Origin: Eledone cirrhosa
Lineage: Eukaryota
Direction of reading: 5' to 3'
DNA: 64,000 nt
Assembly (NCBI GenBank): GCA_964016885.1
Contig: OZ024757.1
Coordinates: forward strand, 8,742,001-8,806,000
This document shows, piece after piece, positions 9,371 to 23,434 of the stretch. The notes under the pieces were generated by a model. The model had not been told where the DNA came from. It was given only the letters and a program-made list of their open reading frames with translations, and made no database searches. Both the position numbers and the translations under genes were made by a program. Numbering within the stretch: the stretch's first letter is position 1; each line of letters starts with the position of its first letter.

Positions 9371-12260
9371 CATCATCATCATTATCATTTAATGTCTATC
9401 TTCCACGCTAGCATGGGTTAGACGGGAATTGTCCCACTTGAGACAAGATTGATTGGGTGACCGTGTCTCGCTCGTATAGGACTGTATCTGGCAGGTTTTC
9501 TACAGCTGGATGCCCTTCCTAACACCAACCACATTTCCAGTGTGGACTGGGAGTCTTTTCGTGATGACACCTACACTACCTCTTTAGTTTGGACTGGATG
9601 TTGTGGCACCAACATAACTTTACAGAGACAGGGTAGTGTTGGTGGGAAGATGGAGTAGGGGTTGTGGGTTGGGGTGTATATTTGGTTAGGAGGGTCCTAC
9701 TGACTGTAGGTTACCTTTGCACATAGGGATGGCAGTTCTTCTCTGTTACTGTGTGGTGCCATAGATCTCGTTCCAGTGACATTGTCTAAGAGAGGTGTAA
9801 GTGTGCAAGGTTGGATTTTATGTTGTCCCAGGTTTTTCTGGGTCTACCTACTCCGTAACTTCCATCAATTTTGATCACCCTGCACTTTTTTATAAAGCTG
9901 TCATCGTTCATGTGCATCACAGGACCATACCAACATAATCTTCTCTCAAGTAAACAGAATCTGATCCCTCTTATTCCTAATTCTCACTTAGTTCCTTTAT
10001 GTTTTGCCGTTCATGCTTCTTATTTCACATGAGCATCGGCCACATATAAAATCTACATTCTTAGATAGCTTACCTGTGATCTCACTACATCTTTTATGTA
10101 CCCATAGTCTGCATTTGGGACATAGAATGGAATTTCTACCTACTCCTTTCCTACACACTGAGCATGGCATCAGTGCCCTATTTTCTTTTCTACATACTAA
10201 ACCTTTAGTCTTAGACAAGTTAACTTTAAGGCCTTTTGATTCAAGGCCATGCCTCCATTTTTGGAATTTCTTCTCTAGTTCAGCCATAGATTAGGCTAGG
10301 AGAGTTAGATCATCTGCATATAGAAGTTCCCATGGGCAGCTGGTCTTAAACCCCTCTGTTATAGACTGAAGGGCAATAATAAACAGGAGGAATCTAAGGA
10401 TGGGGCCTTGCTGAACACCTACTTTTGCACTAAATTCTTCACTATATTCATTGTTAATTCTAACCTTACTGACTGTTTCTTTATACATGGCTTGTATAGC
10501 TCTCACAAGCCATTCATCTACTCCTACATTTCTAAGGGCCCACCAAATAATGGAGTGGGGGACTCTCTCAAATGCTTTCTCCAAGTCAACAAAAGCTGAG
10601 TATAAGGGGTTTACTTTTAGCTAGCTACTTCTCCTGTAGTTGTCGTACAATGAAAATAGCATCTGTGGTACTTTTACATGGCATGAACCCAAACTGCATT
10701 TCATCTAGATCAAGTTGGTCTCTGATTAGTTGTGCTATAACTCTTTCTGTGACCTTCATGACCTGGTCAACTACCTTAATGCCTCTATAGTTTCCCCTAT
10801 CTAGCGTATCTCCTTTACCCTTGTAGCAGTTAACGATGATGCTGCTATGCCAGTCATCTGGTATGACCCCATTCTGTATTACTTGGTTTACTATCTGGAT
10901 GTCCATAGTATGTTCCACCATTCCAGATGCTTTCAACATCTCAACAACTATCTCCAAAGGCCCAGCTGCCTTGCCCGTCTTCATATCTTTGATTGCCTTA
11001 CTTACTATACTACCATTAACTTGCACCGCTGGTCCCTCTATTGGATCGATTTGGGGAAGACTATCTTTTTCCCATTTATTCACCTTACTTAGTGGTCTCT
11101 CGCAGTGACACTTCGAAGCTATCTTGTTATCAATATCAGTGAGGGCAAGTACACCATCATCGTTACGGACACACTTCTCCCTGACAATATCACGGTTTTC
11201 CTTGACACTTTGTTTTGCGATCCTGAACACATCACGCTGTAGAACATGCTTGAACTTTCTATTCTCTGCTTCCCTTCTTGCAAAGTACAATTGTCTCCTG
11301 GCCACCTAATAGTGTTCTCTACTTTCCCCATCCCACAATACTTTCCAAGCCTGATTGTCTCCTCCGCCTCCAAGTTACTCTCCTCCTGCCTATAGGTCAG
11401 CTCCAGCAACAGATTTCATCTGTCGCCTTCAGCAGGTTAACTTTCAATAATTGCCACTGTTCCTCTATATTGTATGTCTCTAATTGCACCTCTTTACTGT
11501 CAAAAGTATTAACTAATATGCTTTTAAATTTGTCACTGGCTGCGAGGTCCTTCAACTTCCATCTTCTCCTCAAGGTAGTCCTCCTCTGTCGTCGAGTACA
11601 TCTAGTCCTGACTGTGAGGTCACTAACTACTAGGCTATGTTGGGAGGTGAATTCTTCACAGAGGAGGGATTTAGTGTTTACAACAAACACTCTGAAATGT
11701 CTTCTAGTAAGGATATCGTATATCTGGCTGGCGTGGTCCCCTGATCTATAGGTGATGAAGTGATTGTCTCGTTTTTTTCGAAGTTTGTGTTACAGATAGT
11801 TAGGTTATTAGCGTCACAAAATTCCAGGATCCTGAAGCCTTCCTCATTTCTAGTACCAAACCCATAGCCTCCAAGGATTCCATCATAGCCATCACTATGT
11901 TGTCCAATGTGACCATTTAGGTCACCAGCAATAATTATGCAGTCACTGTCTGTTATTTGGGAGGAAGTGAGCATTAGCAAATCATAGAACCTGTCTTTTA
12001 TAACATCAAGTAGGCCAGATTGGGGTGCATAAGTGGATATTATAGTCATAGTTGTTATATTTAGAATTAGTCTTATTCTAATTATTCTGTTGTTCACTCT
12101 ATTTATGGCAATTATCTTATCTACCCATTTCTCTGCTAACATAATTCCTACTCCACCCAGCCCATTGTCATTTCCCATCCAGAAAAGTTCATAGCATCTT
12201 TTTTTACCCACAATGAATCTAGCAGACCCACCCCTGCACCTAGTCTCTTGAACACACACA
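9371..12260 (-). mobile_element. degenerate RTE LINE, same family as 600-4397, with many stops and an internal deletion
   Basis: ORF fragments 11678-12259 (EN), 10625-11305, 10291-10584 (YADD) and 9997-10287 (PHD-like); (CAT)n end at 9371. Confidence 0.88.
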
Positions 12261-12269
12261 TATATATAT

Positions 12270-13695
12270 ATACCTTGACTTTGCGAAAGCTTTCAATTCT
12301 GTGCCACACAAAATACTTACGGCAAAACTCTCTGCAATGGGTGTGAAGGATGATGTTTTTAACTGGTTGAAGTCCTTCATTCTCAGTCGAAGAGAGGTAG
12401 TCACGGTTCTGGGACAGCATTTCTCACCATATGAGATGCCATCTGGTGTACCACAGGGATCTGTTCTGGCCCCCTTTTGTTTGTGGCATATATTAGTGAC
12501 ACAGATGCCAACTTAAAGAATGCCACAGTACTAAAGTACACAGATGACATCAAGCTGTACCTTGAGATAAAAAGGACAGATCCTGAACACTATAGATCTT
12601 GCTTGCAATCTGACCTGGACACAATGCAGCAATGGATCACAGACTGGCAACTCAAGCTAGCTGCATTTTGGGATTAAAAACCCAGCGTCCACATACTCCC
12701 TCCACAGCACTAATATCAAGAAGTCTTCTTGTGAACGTGACCTGGGCATTACGGTCAGCAGCGATTTGCATTGGACGAAGCACATCTCTTAAATTGTCAA
12801 GAGGGCCGAGGGTGTCTTAGCATCACTCAGCAAGACCTTTGTCAGCCACTCTCCAGCTATCTATTTAAGGCTGTACATGGCTATGGTGTGGCCACACTTA
12901 GAATTTGCATCACCAGTCTGAAACCCCTATCTTGCTCAGAACATTGACCGCCTGGAAACTGTTAAGAGACGTGCAACCAAGTGAATATCCTCCATCAGGC
13001 ATCTACCATACTCTGAACGCCTTGCTTCCCTGGGCATGGATTCATTGAAGCTCTGACGCCTGGCAACAGACTTGGTAAACACCCACAAAATTGTTAACCA
13101 TCTTGCCAACAACAACCCTGAGCACCTTTTTGATTTCCATGTGTCTAACACACATGGACATGCCCACAAAGTCAGAAAACAGCACAGTTCCCATGACTTT
13201 CGGAAACATTTTTTCACGCTCAGAGTTGTTGAAGCATGGAACAAACTACCTGCATCAGTTGTTAGCTGTCGAGACACTGCATCCTTTAAAACCTCCATGG
13301 AACAAACTACCTGCATCGGTTGTTAGCTGTCGAGACACTGCATCCTTTAAAACCTCCATGGAACAAACTACCTGCATCGGTTGTTAGCTGTCGAGACACT
13401 GCATCCTTTAAAACCTCCATGGAACAAACTACCTGCATCGGTTGTTAGCTGTTGAGACACTGCATCCTTTAAAACCTCCATCAGTTGTTAGCTGTCAAGA
13501 CACTGCATCCTTTAAGGCCTCCATGCTTCCCGAGATTCACCAACATTACACCTAATGTTCCCCCTCCATACACATAGACACTTGTATATCATGACTCATA
13601 CACTATTCATTTCCCTGACATTTGTTTATTTTTCTATGTACTATACATATACCTTTGACGAGTTGTAGTGCACCTGAGCACTGTACACAATAATT

Positions 13696-13725
<30 letters not shown>
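12270..13725 (+). mobile_element. 5'-truncated CR1-clade LINE
   Basis: YLDFAKAF, SGVPQGSVL, YTDDIKLY and C-terminal HFFTLRVVEAWNKLP motifs; (ATT)n tail at about 13699-13725. Confidence 0.85.
13235..13525 (+). repeat. 61-bp tandem repeat (about 4.7 copies) at the end of the CR1 ORF
   Basis: CATGGAACAAACTACCTGCATC... units start at 13235, 13296, 13357 and 13418, with a partial unit at 13479. Confidence 0.9.
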
Positions 13726-13732
<7 letters not shown>

Positions 13733-13859
13733 GATTTCTATATATCTATACATTGTTGTCCAAAGGTATGGCTGAAACAGGTTGACACCAATGATGTCAC
13801 AGCTCATCATTTAATGTCCACTCTAAGGTCAGGGATGTTGGGATTCGTTACAAAAATAT

Positions 13860-15005
13860 CACTAAAACCAAGATACTGGGTTGGTATAACTACCTGGTTT
13901 GTATGTGTTGTGTTGTGGTGTGGTATGTGTTGGATGTGGTGTGGTGTGGTATGATGTGTGTCTGTTATGTGGGATGGGGTGTATATTGTGGTGTTTTGAT
14001 GTGGTGTGTGTGTGCAGAGTGATGTGTTGTTGTGTGAGTGTAGTGTATAGAGGACATTTTACAAACATTGGACTGATAAGGGGTGTGTGAGGACTCTACC
14101 CCCTACAACCCACTCAGAAATAAATGGGTGAAGAAAAAGAGAAGAAAGTTGTAAAGTATTTTCAAATGTGAATTATTTTTTTTTAAAAAGTCATAATTTC
14201 AACTGTCATGAAAGTACCATCCAACAAATATTAAAGTTATAGAATTGGTTTTATTTACACATGTGGATATTTTGTCAGATATAAACCAGTTAAGGTTTAC
14301 AAAATAAACACATAATTCTTTTGTTTTGTTTTTTAATGATGGAGCCATAAGAATGTCACTGTGGACATTTGAAGCTTGGTGGAGCCCTTCACGCTACAGG
14401 TTTGTACAGTTTATTTCTTCTAGAGAAGGAGAGAGAATGAGAGAGAGGAAGTGAGATAGAAATATAGAGAGGAAGAACAGACCCCAGTGGTAGACTGGTA
14501 TTGTTTTTTATCAACCTTGAATGGAAATATATGACAACATAAGACTGATTTTTGACGAAGAAAATTCGAGCGTATATTATATATATGAATAATTCAATCA
14601 GAGAGAGAGAGATAGAGAGTGTGAGAGATGGGGGGGGGGGGTAGAGAGATGTGTGTGTGTATAGAAATTTGTGTGTGTGTGTGTAGAAATATGTGTGTAG
14701 GTGTTGTAATAAATCAAGATATTTCACTTCAGATAGAAAAGTACACAATGTTTGTGTTGTGGTGGAAAAGGAAATAATATGTACTTTAGTTGTCAAGACC
14801 AAATATAAAGTCAAGAAAAGTTAGTAAAAACTAAACGTTCACTGATTTCTGATTAAAATAATATTTTCCTGTCCTGTAAAATGTTGAACAACCCCTTCAA
14901 TATTTAATAATACAGGAGATAAAACAACAACTATAAGGTAAATAAGTCACCTTATGTTATTTACAAACATTAACGTCCACCTTAATATGAAATAATCACC
15001 ATAAA
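13860..15005. repeat. second locally duplicated block (related segments at 24390-25500, 32390-33640, 4733-5000, 1-80; distal part matches 6900-7270)
   Basis: Shared GAGGACTCTACCCCCTACAACCC, AACTGTCATGAAAGTACCATC and GGACATTTGAAGCTTGGTGGAGCCCTTCAC. Confidence 0.75.
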
Positions 15006-15080
15006 AGAGGAAGCGAGGGCATCGGCTACCGGCACCCGGGCTGCTCTCTCATCCTGAGTGGGATCTTCCAGCGTTGATGC

Positions 15081-15768
15081 ATCACCACGTTGATGCAAAA
15101 CTTGGTTTTTCACTTTGGGATAATACACGTATTTGCAACTTATTTACGTTTATTTACGTTTAGCGTAATCGATTTGTTTCCATATCTCCACGCGTTTTAT
15201 TTCATAGTCATAGTTATAAAATTAGAAAACTTTCTTTAAAAAAAAACTATTTAACGCGGGTAACTACAAGATAACCTTGTTCTGTAATACTGGCAGACAT
15301 TGAAGAAAGTTTTCCCCATTGAGATTCTTTATGGATGGTTGATACTCAGCTGCCAGGAACACAGGATGTGGCAGAGTGTATAAGATTTGCCTGCTATTTC
15401 TAGCAACTTCAATGACCACATAATTGGTTTGTAATTTTGTTTTAAAGTGTAAGGGTTTACACAGCCATTTATGAATTTCTAAGAGATACGTTTACGATGA
15501 GATACACTTATTAAAAATACTTTCATTGCATAGTTCCGTTCGTAAAGGCTTTAATTTACTGTACTACTCGGGAACCTTTTAATAACACACAGGATTAAGT
15601 CCATGTTTGTTCAACCAATTAATGGTATCTGCTGTAGTAGGGGTAGCGATGGAAATATGGCGATGATTAACTCCACGCTGGGGTATAATGTAGAATTCAT
15701 ATTTTTCAACTTGCAAATACGTGTATTATCCCAAAGTGAAAAACCAAGTTTTACATGAACGTGGTGAT
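15081..15768. mobile_element. non-autonomous TIR element (MITE-like), 58-bp inverted repeats, superfamily not assigned
   Basis: ATCACCACGTTGATGCAAAACTTGGTTTTTCACTTTGGGATAATACACGTATTTGCAA (15081-15138) inverted at 15711-15768; no clear TSD. Confidence 0.6.
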
Positions 15769-16020
15769 TTCAAAGTTTATTTATTTACACATGGTGGTGG
15801 TGGGGATACGGAAATAAACGAAGGTTGACGAATGACGTCACATTCTTCTACATTCACTTCTGACAGCCAATTCCGTTGTAGTGCGATATATAAACATGAT
15901 GGTCACGGCTGGAACAACTTTAATTATAGGTCTGCTCAATAATACTAACATGCGATTTAAATTGAGCAAAGTTGGAGTTGTCTCCCCTGGTACTTTACTA
16001 CGCTACGTTTGTTTATATAT

Positions 16021-18300
16021 ATCATCATCATCATCATCTTCAGCATTATCATTTAACGTTCATTGTTATCACACCTGCATGGGTTAAACAGGTTGTCACG
16101 TTATGAGACATGTCAGGTGTGGTGACCAGGTCTCATATGGATGTGTATTTTGGTTTGGTTTCTAAGGCTGGATGCCCTTCTTAACACGAAACACGTTACA
16201 ATGTGGACTGCACACTTTTGTATGACCACCTTACAGGATGAACTGGGTGTTTTTATTGTTGTAGCATCAACGAGGTGTGTGGGATATTTAGCAGGTGAGG
16301 GCAGGGCCTTATGAATAGGAAGGGGTGATGAGAAGATTGGTGAAGACTAGTGTGTTCTCTACATGTTTGTTTTATTTCATTTTCAGCACATGGGAGGGGG
16401 GGGGTCTTCTACATTACAGCATGACGCCAGAGATCTCGAGCCTGTGACATTTCCATTGAGAGGTTTAATTGGGCAAGGCGAGCTTTTATTATTTCATCCC
16501 AAGCTTTCCTGGGTCTTCCCCTTTCATAGTTAACATCGACTTTGACAACCCTGCACCTTGTTATACAGCTGTCATCTTCCATATACATCACATGTCCAAA
16601 CCACCACAATCTCCTCTCCTCTACACTGCATCTGACCTCTCTTATACCTAGTTTCTCTCTCAGTTTATTAATGCTTGTTGTTCATGCACACTATTACACA
16701 TCTATCAGATCATGTAAACTTCATTTCTTTCCAGTCTTTATAGGTCCTCTGAATATATTGCCCTGGTCTCACTTCAATATAACATTGCTGTTTGTACACA
16801 GACTTCATACAATCTGCCTTTCCCTTTCAGGGAAAATCATTTTGTAGGCAGCAGTAGTAGTAGCTCCCTAAACTTTTTCCATCCCATTCTCACTCAGGCT
16901 ACTGTACCTTCAGAACACCCACCTCCACTGTTAATTTGGTTAATTAGGTTAACAGAAATTATGAACCGGTTTCTACAGAGCCTTCTGGACATTTAACCCT
17001 TTAGCATTTAAACCAGCCATACCTAGCCAGAATACTCTCACATCTTTCTGTTTAAACCGGCCATAACTGGCCACTCATACCGATATTAAAGTATTGTTCT
17101 CAATATAAATAATATCAAAATCTCATAGATTCGATATAAAGTGAGATAATTATGTAAGATAAAGCTTTTACCACAAAAATACAATAGAATATATAGAGTA
17201 ATGTAAATGCTAAAGGGTTAAACTAGATTATTATTTTGTGAGCTCTTGCTACTTATTGCTCTTGTGCATCAAGCACATACAAAACTTACATTCTTTTGCT
17301 AATCTCACTGAGATCCCAATACATCTCTTGTTTATCCATAGTTTGGAATTTCTACCTACTCCTTTCCTTTAGACTGAGTTAGGCCATTTTCTTGAGGGGA
17401 TATAGACCCTCTTTTCCTTTCTATTTTGCCAAGTTAACTTTAAGACATTTTCATTCTTCCGGGTTTGAATTTCTCCTCTAATGTTACCATAGATTAAGGT
17501 ACAAGGGTTCAATCATGTGCATACATGAGTTCCCATGGACAGCCAGTCTTAAACTCTTATGTAATAGCCTGCAGGATGATAATAAACAGAAGAGGGTTAA
17601 TAACAGAGCCCTGATAGACTTGCTCACTCAACTCCTCACTATAGCCATCATTACTTTTAACCTTACTGACTGCTCCTCCATACATGGCTTTTACTGCTCT
17701 CACAAGCCACTCATATATCCCTAGTTTTCTAAGTTACACACCAGATTATGGAACGGGGAAGTCTCACAAAAGCTCTCTCTGGGTCAACAAATGTCAAGTA
17801 GAGGGGCTTATTTTAGCTAGGTACTGCTCTTGCAGTTGCCACACAAGGAAGAGGACATCAGTGGTACTTTTACCTGGCACAAATCCAAACTTCATCTCAT
17901 CTAAGTTAACTTGGTCCCTAATCAGCTGTGTTATATCTCTAACATCTTCATGAAGTGGTCCATCTAATGTCTCTATAGTTTTCTAGCTCTAGTACATCTC
18001 CTTTGCCCTTGTAGCAGTTGATGATGATGATACTACACCATTTATTTGGTATGACACCATTTTGTATTACATGCTGTACGATACCAGTGGTTAAGATGTG
18101 ACCCACCACCCCAGATACTTTCAGTATCTCAGCAATTATCACCAATGGACAAGATACTTTCTCTGTCTTCATATCCTTAATTACCTTACTACACTACTGC
18201 TTACTTGTATGGTTGGACCCTCTGTTGGGCCCACTTTCTGTAGACTATCTTCCTCCCATGCATTCTCCTCATTCAGTAATCTTTCATAAAGGCATTTCCA
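16021..18300 (-). mobile_element. old, heavily degenerate RTE LINE
   Basis: Fragments WWFGHVMYMEDDSCIT..GRPRKAWDE (16409-16609) and IAEILKVSG..NCYKGKGD (17948-18172); (CAT)n end. Confidence 0.8.
16997..17217. mobile_element. piggyBac-type MITE inserted in the old RTE
   Basis: TTAA TSD at 16993-16996 and 17218-17221; TIR CCCTTTAGCATTTA / TAAATGCTAAAGGG. Confidence 0.85.
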
Positions 18301-18303
18301 TGT

Positions 18304-18460
18304 TACAAAGATTGGCTGAAAAGTTCATAGACTATCAATGATAGTATGATGCTAGGGCTGTGAAATCTTGCCTGCATTAATTTCAACTTTTCTTATTTAT
18401 AACTGCATTGTTTCCTTCCATGGACTATATTGAAAAATAAACCTCATTTGGTCATTCCAT
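18304..18460 (+). mobile_element. mariner-like terminal fragment
   Basis: TACAAAGATTGGCTGAAAAGTTC resembles mariner TIR starts (TAYGAGGG..CTGAAAAGT); no partner TIR seen. Confidence 0.4.
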
Positions 18461-18651
18461 GAAGTCATTAAATACTGGGCTATGTTGGGAGGTGCATTCT
18501 TCCCCAGGGGGTGGGGATTGTGTGTCTACAAATGTCACTATCTCATCTTCTGGTGTGGATAAAAATCTGACTGGCATGCTCACCTTATTAACAGGTGTTG
18601 AAGTGGTTGTCGAGTAAACGTTAAGACCCTCCTATATACATATATATATAT

Positions 18652-19280
18652 ACTAGCAGTGCTACCCGGGGTTGCACGGGATAAGGTATTTTGGAACGCG
18701 GGCCGCCAACAGGCCTAATCGTGGAAAAACTGCATGCCTGGACAATATATAAAGAAAATATACCGAATACTCTGATGTCTGGATAATCTTTAAGATTTTC
18801 CTCGATGAAGCAGGACAAATGCAGGTTTTAACCTAATGCTGGCCCTAGGGATCAAGAAAATGAATTTTTTTTATATGCATAATATGCCTTGAAATTTCGT
18901 GAAAATCAGCTAGACATGACGCCTCCAAGAAGCCCTAAGAGACTGAAAAAAAATGAAGTTTTTCACCTAATGCGGGCCCTAGGCCATAATAGAGTTGGAT
19001 TTTCTTTTCTTACGGTATGAAAAAGAGACTGACTAATACAGTTACAATTTCAAGGAAATCGGTCTGATGTAACGCCTAAAAAAACCCTTAAAAATGTTAA
19101 AAAATGCAGTTGAATCTTTTTATTTGCCTAACACTCCCTGAAACATAAGTAATACACATGTAAAGTTTGAAAAAAATCGGTTGGGTACTCACAGACACAG
19201 ACAGACATTTTCAGGGAAGTGACTTAATGCAGACAGTCAGACATACAGACAGATATTATAAGGGCGCGACGTTATATGTA
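18652..19280 (-). mobile_element. non-autonomous Helitron-like element (3' end at 18652)
   Basis: On the minus strand a GC hairpin CCCG-TGCAACCC-CGGG lies just before CTAG|T; (ACAG)n microsatellite near the other end; part is duplicated at 20450-20660. Confidence 0.55.
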
Positions 19281-20663
19281 TCTATCTATCTAAAAAGAGA
19301 AAGACTAAGAATTATAGAGAGAGATCGCTAAATCGCCTAATATGGTCCCCAGGGCATAGAAAAGTTATAATAAAATATATCTCAAACTAACTATTTTGCA
19401 TAGTAATATATATTCATCCGTCTGTTAATTTTTCTATCCTCTCTATTCTTCATATCCGTATATTAATTTTCTCCTCTCCACATCCATATATTCTTGATTA
19501 ATTTCTATCCTCTCTACTCCCTCATCCCTCTTTATTATCCTCTATTTCTTTCTCATCTTCCTCACCTATCCTTCCTCGTAGTCTACAATATATTCCCCCT
19601 TCTCTCCTTCTCTACACATATCTTTATTATTATTAATATCAAATCTATTTTAATACAATAGGTTGATTTCGTAAAGTTGCTTGTTATACTTTTAACTATA
19701 TCTTAGCTCCTTCTTTCTCTCTCATGTCCAAATGTCTCCCTTCCTCTATTTATCATTAACAATAGTATTGAGGGAGCAGTTTGAATGTTTTAAGTTTACC
19801 GTTACGCATATCATTTATATTTATTAAGAGTTTCTGATGAAATGGTTTGATTTAAATGTATTGTAAGTTGATTTATACTTCTCCAGTATTAGTAATTTAT
19901 AGACAATTCCACCATGGAAACAATTGTAAGACTATAATTAAATACCCTTGATTGTTTTGTCAACCATGTTATTCTTAACTTTGTTATTACTCCAAGATAT
20001 ATTTACATAGGAATACAAAGCACAATTGTCCCCAAAGTAAACATCTTGTTGAGTCCCATACTACCGTGTGCTTAAACTGTCCATGAGACGTTTACGTAGA
20101 CTCTTATATTTAAGTTAAAAGGGCCAAATTTGAAAACAAATATATGGTTATCAAATTTGTTTCACCAACCCTATACATGAAATTGATAACCATGACTATG
20201 AAAATATAAATGATTAAATCCAATTTATTTGATAACCATGACTTGTTTTCTAATTAACTTAACTTTCTTTTCTAATATGGTCCTTTTAAGGGCCACCTAT
20301 ATTTTCATTTAAGTTAATTCCACTGACATCGATATGTTTTAATAAAATAACTGTTTCTACATTTGCCACACACTTTTATTTGCTTGTATTACATGCCTGC
20401 ATATGTACACACAGACACACACACACACAGACACACGCACACACACAGAGACAGACATTGTCAGGGAAGTGACGTAATGCAGACAGCCAGACATACAGAC
20501 AGATATTATAAGGGCGTGACGTTATATGTATGTATCTATCTAAAAAGAGAAAGACTAAGAATTATAGAGAGAGATCGCTAAATCGATCGATAATGTGTTA
20601 TCTTTATTATTATTAATATCAAATCTATTTTAATACGATAGGTTGATTTCGTAAAGTTGCCCG

Positions 20664-21371
20664 TGTATAACGGCGGCGAAGATTCGAACCCGAATCTGAG
20701 CTTTCCCGCATCTGGGACAAGCAGTGGTAACTTGTTTACGCTCAAGAGACTAACCCCTTGGGAGAGGCTAAACACAGGTCAGAGGTGTTTACCCCTGACA
20801 GAAAATAGGTCAGAGGATATATCCATCTTTCGGACTTGTTTACTCTTGGCAAACTAATCCCTTGGGAGACTAACCAAAGTTCAGAGGATATATCTATCCT
20901 TCTAACTTCAACTCTTATAAATACAGGGGTTGTTTACGCCCCGACAGAAAAGAAGTGATATACAGACAAGACAAGTCGCATTTACAGGCTCTCGTCACTA
21001 AAAACCAGTCTGTCACTTATTCTCACCTGCCTGGCTGATCGTTACTACTACTACTACTACTAAAACAAGCAAATATACTGATACGCGTACACGCATTCAC
21101 AGTGAGTTCACACTGTTTGTATTTTCACACGCACCATTTCTGTTTATACATATTGTATCTTTCGGATACAGTACAAATTATATTATAATCGCATTCTGTG
21201 ATACTTGTATTTACGTGGCACGAAGACCCACCAGATTATTGTATGAATACTTTGTGTTATTGATTTTATCATTCAATATTCAAATTGAATATTGTTATAA
21301 TAAAATAAACTTTGTAACAACACAATCCTGGTATTTTTCTTTACATCGAAACCACCATACCAACAGTTACA
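20664..21371 (+). mobile_element. possible solo LTR
   Basis: TGTA...GTTACA ends, internal short direct repeats (GGTCAGAGG), TATAAA at about 20916 and AATAAA at about 21299; no TSD found. Confidence 0.45.
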
Positions 21372-21447
21372 TCCATCCACTTATCATTACAACCACACAA
21401 ATATTAAGTTACAGGCTGATATAGATCGGCACCAGTGACATTACAAC

Positions 21448-21854
21448 TAACAAATGGAAACTATATTTATTTCATTATACATATTTCAAGGGCCACCAAG
21501 GCAGATTATGGTGCGCTTTCCTCAGATAAAATATAATATAGATTAGTTTTATAAATAAATATTGACATTCCCTGAAAAATGCAACCTTCACGGTTGGAGT
21601 CTCCCGGTTGGAGTCAGGGTATGTCAATATTTATTTATAAAACTAATCTATATTATATTTTATCTGGGGAAAGCGCACCATAATCTGCCTTGGTGGCCAT
21701 TGAAATATGTATAATGAAATAAATATGGTTTTATAAATATAGTTTCCATTTGTTAATATATTGTATATTTACTCCAATAAATTTGTTGAGTGCTTTATAT
21801 CAGTTATAAAAATATTTTGCTTGTTGTATCCCAACAAATTAAATATAACCTCTA
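21448..21854 (+). mobile_element. fold-back Penelope pLTR-like element with hammerhead motif in both arms and a one-sided tail
   Basis: Arms 21448-21575 and 21614-21755; tail to 21854 then (TA)-like tract; same family as 36850-37115. Confidence 0.7.
21468..21533 (-). ncRNA. type I hammerhead ribozyme
   Basis: Stem I UAUUUUAU/AUGAAAUA; core CUGAGGA; stem II AAGCGCACCA/UGGUGGCCCUU; GAAA-U-AUGU-A-UA cleavage site. The plus-strand copy (21656-21721) has a mutated core CUGGGGA. Confidence 0.7.
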
Positions 21855-22159
21855 CATATACACACATATATATATATATATATATACTACATACATACAC
21901 TATATATAATGTCCAGAGGAATGGCTGAAACAGCTTGACACCAACATTTATCATATATATATACACACTATACATACTATGTATACACTATATATATATC
22001 ATCATCATCACCATCATCGATTAACATCTATCTTCCATGGGTTACACAGGTCCTATTTTGAGGCAAGTTGTGTCGGGTGACCATGACAGCTTATATAGGG
22101 GTGTTTCTGGCTGGTTTTCTATGGCTGGATGCCCTTCCTAATGCCAACCACGTTGACAA

Positions 22160-23400
22160 TGAGGTGCCTGGAGTCCCTGGATGCCAGTTCCGGCGGGCGG
22201 CTGTTGAGGAACTGCCTGGTTACACGTGTGGCCCCCTCACACGCAGACACCCAGTTGCACCGGACTGAACTCCTCGCCCAGTTCAGGTGTTATGGACCTG
22301 CAGACCAGCTTGGCAGCCAGCCCCTGGAAGACATTGCCCCCAGAGATGGGGGCTATGCCACCCTCTTTCTTCCTGAGAGCGGTCAGGCTAGCCGAAAAAG
22401 AGGCCTTGGGTGTGAGGGTCCAGGGCGCCATGGATTAGCCTATTGGTGAGTGCCACAATTGAACTCAGAAGGCAGTGCCCGGCCTCAGTGGAGAGGGGGA
22501 TAGCAACACCTTGAGGTGGCCAGGCCAGATACCATCAGCACCTCCGCTGCTGCTAGCTGGGAAGGACTTGATGGCGGACATGATGTTTGCATTGGAAGCT
22601 ACAAGGAGCAAGTGGGAATCGGGTGGGGCTATGGGTCTGAGATCAGTGAGTGGTTCAGGGTGCTTGAGTCTCAGGGCAGCCAGGACCTCCTCAGTGGGTT
22701 GGAGGACAGTGTCCTCTAAGGCAACCCCTCTGACTGCAGCCGAGACATCACCCATGATTAATTTGGCGTTTACACGGTCACACAAACGCTTGGTGCTGGC
22801 CTCAGTGGTGGAGGATTGTGGGCACCCGAGAGCGAGTGGTGTGGTGTCCTTAGGCACGCTCGGAATGGGCACTTACCCAAAGGACGAAACACTGGCCCTG
22901 ACAAAGGCTGCTGTAGACCGGCCGCCTCGGACAGCGTCAGAGATGGGGAGGCCGAGGGCGAGTTGGGCGAATTAGAAGAGTCGCAACCAGTTGCTAGTTC
23001 GATTGGATTCCAGGGCACTCCCAATCGAGGAACCAAGGGCATCGGCTACCGGGCTGGTCTCAGTATCCTGAGTGGGATCTAGGCGATGATGACCAGTGAC
23101 GCTTGGGCATCAGGCAAGGGTGCTGTCTCATCTGATGTGCTAGATGGCCGTGGCTGGGTAGATGAGGTGAAGAGACAGTTTCTTCATCTCTAATATGCGA
23201 GGTGCTGCAGGTGTCGACTGGTGGGGATGGAGGATGGGGCACGAAGAGGCATCAGGGGTAAGTGGCTGGTTGCCACCAGCTTAGGTGCTAGGCACTAATG
23301 TGTGGGTGGAAGGGAAAGTGCTGATAAGCGGGCCTCATAGCTCACCTACATCAGATATGGAGGCGTCAGAATACAAGAGAGAAAAGAAGGGGGTGCATGG
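22160..23400 (-). mobile_element. degenerate CRE-clade non-LTR retrotransposon fragment
   Basis: GDVSAAVR..LRLKHP, SFPASSSGGADG..PGHLK and LTALRKKEGGIAPISGGNVFQGLAAK..VQLGV resemble the CRE RT N-terminal motifs; a small related piece is at 15016-15066. Confidence 0.7.
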
Positions 23401-23434
23401 AGGGGGACACAAGAAGGTAGAATGTTAGATGTAT

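Larger units (their letters stand above)
5850..12260. repeat. segmental duplication cassette, copy 1 (ZNF + upstream region + degenerate RTE)
   Basis: Colinear, highly similar direct copy at about 26340-32375 and inverted copy at about 39500-43300, e.g. 6770-6870 = 27563-27667 = reverse complement of 42650-42755. Confidence 0.9.

Noticed and set aside
13235-13525. CRISPR-like or functional 61-bp repeat
   Set aside because: Simple slippage duplication of the end of the CR1 ORF.
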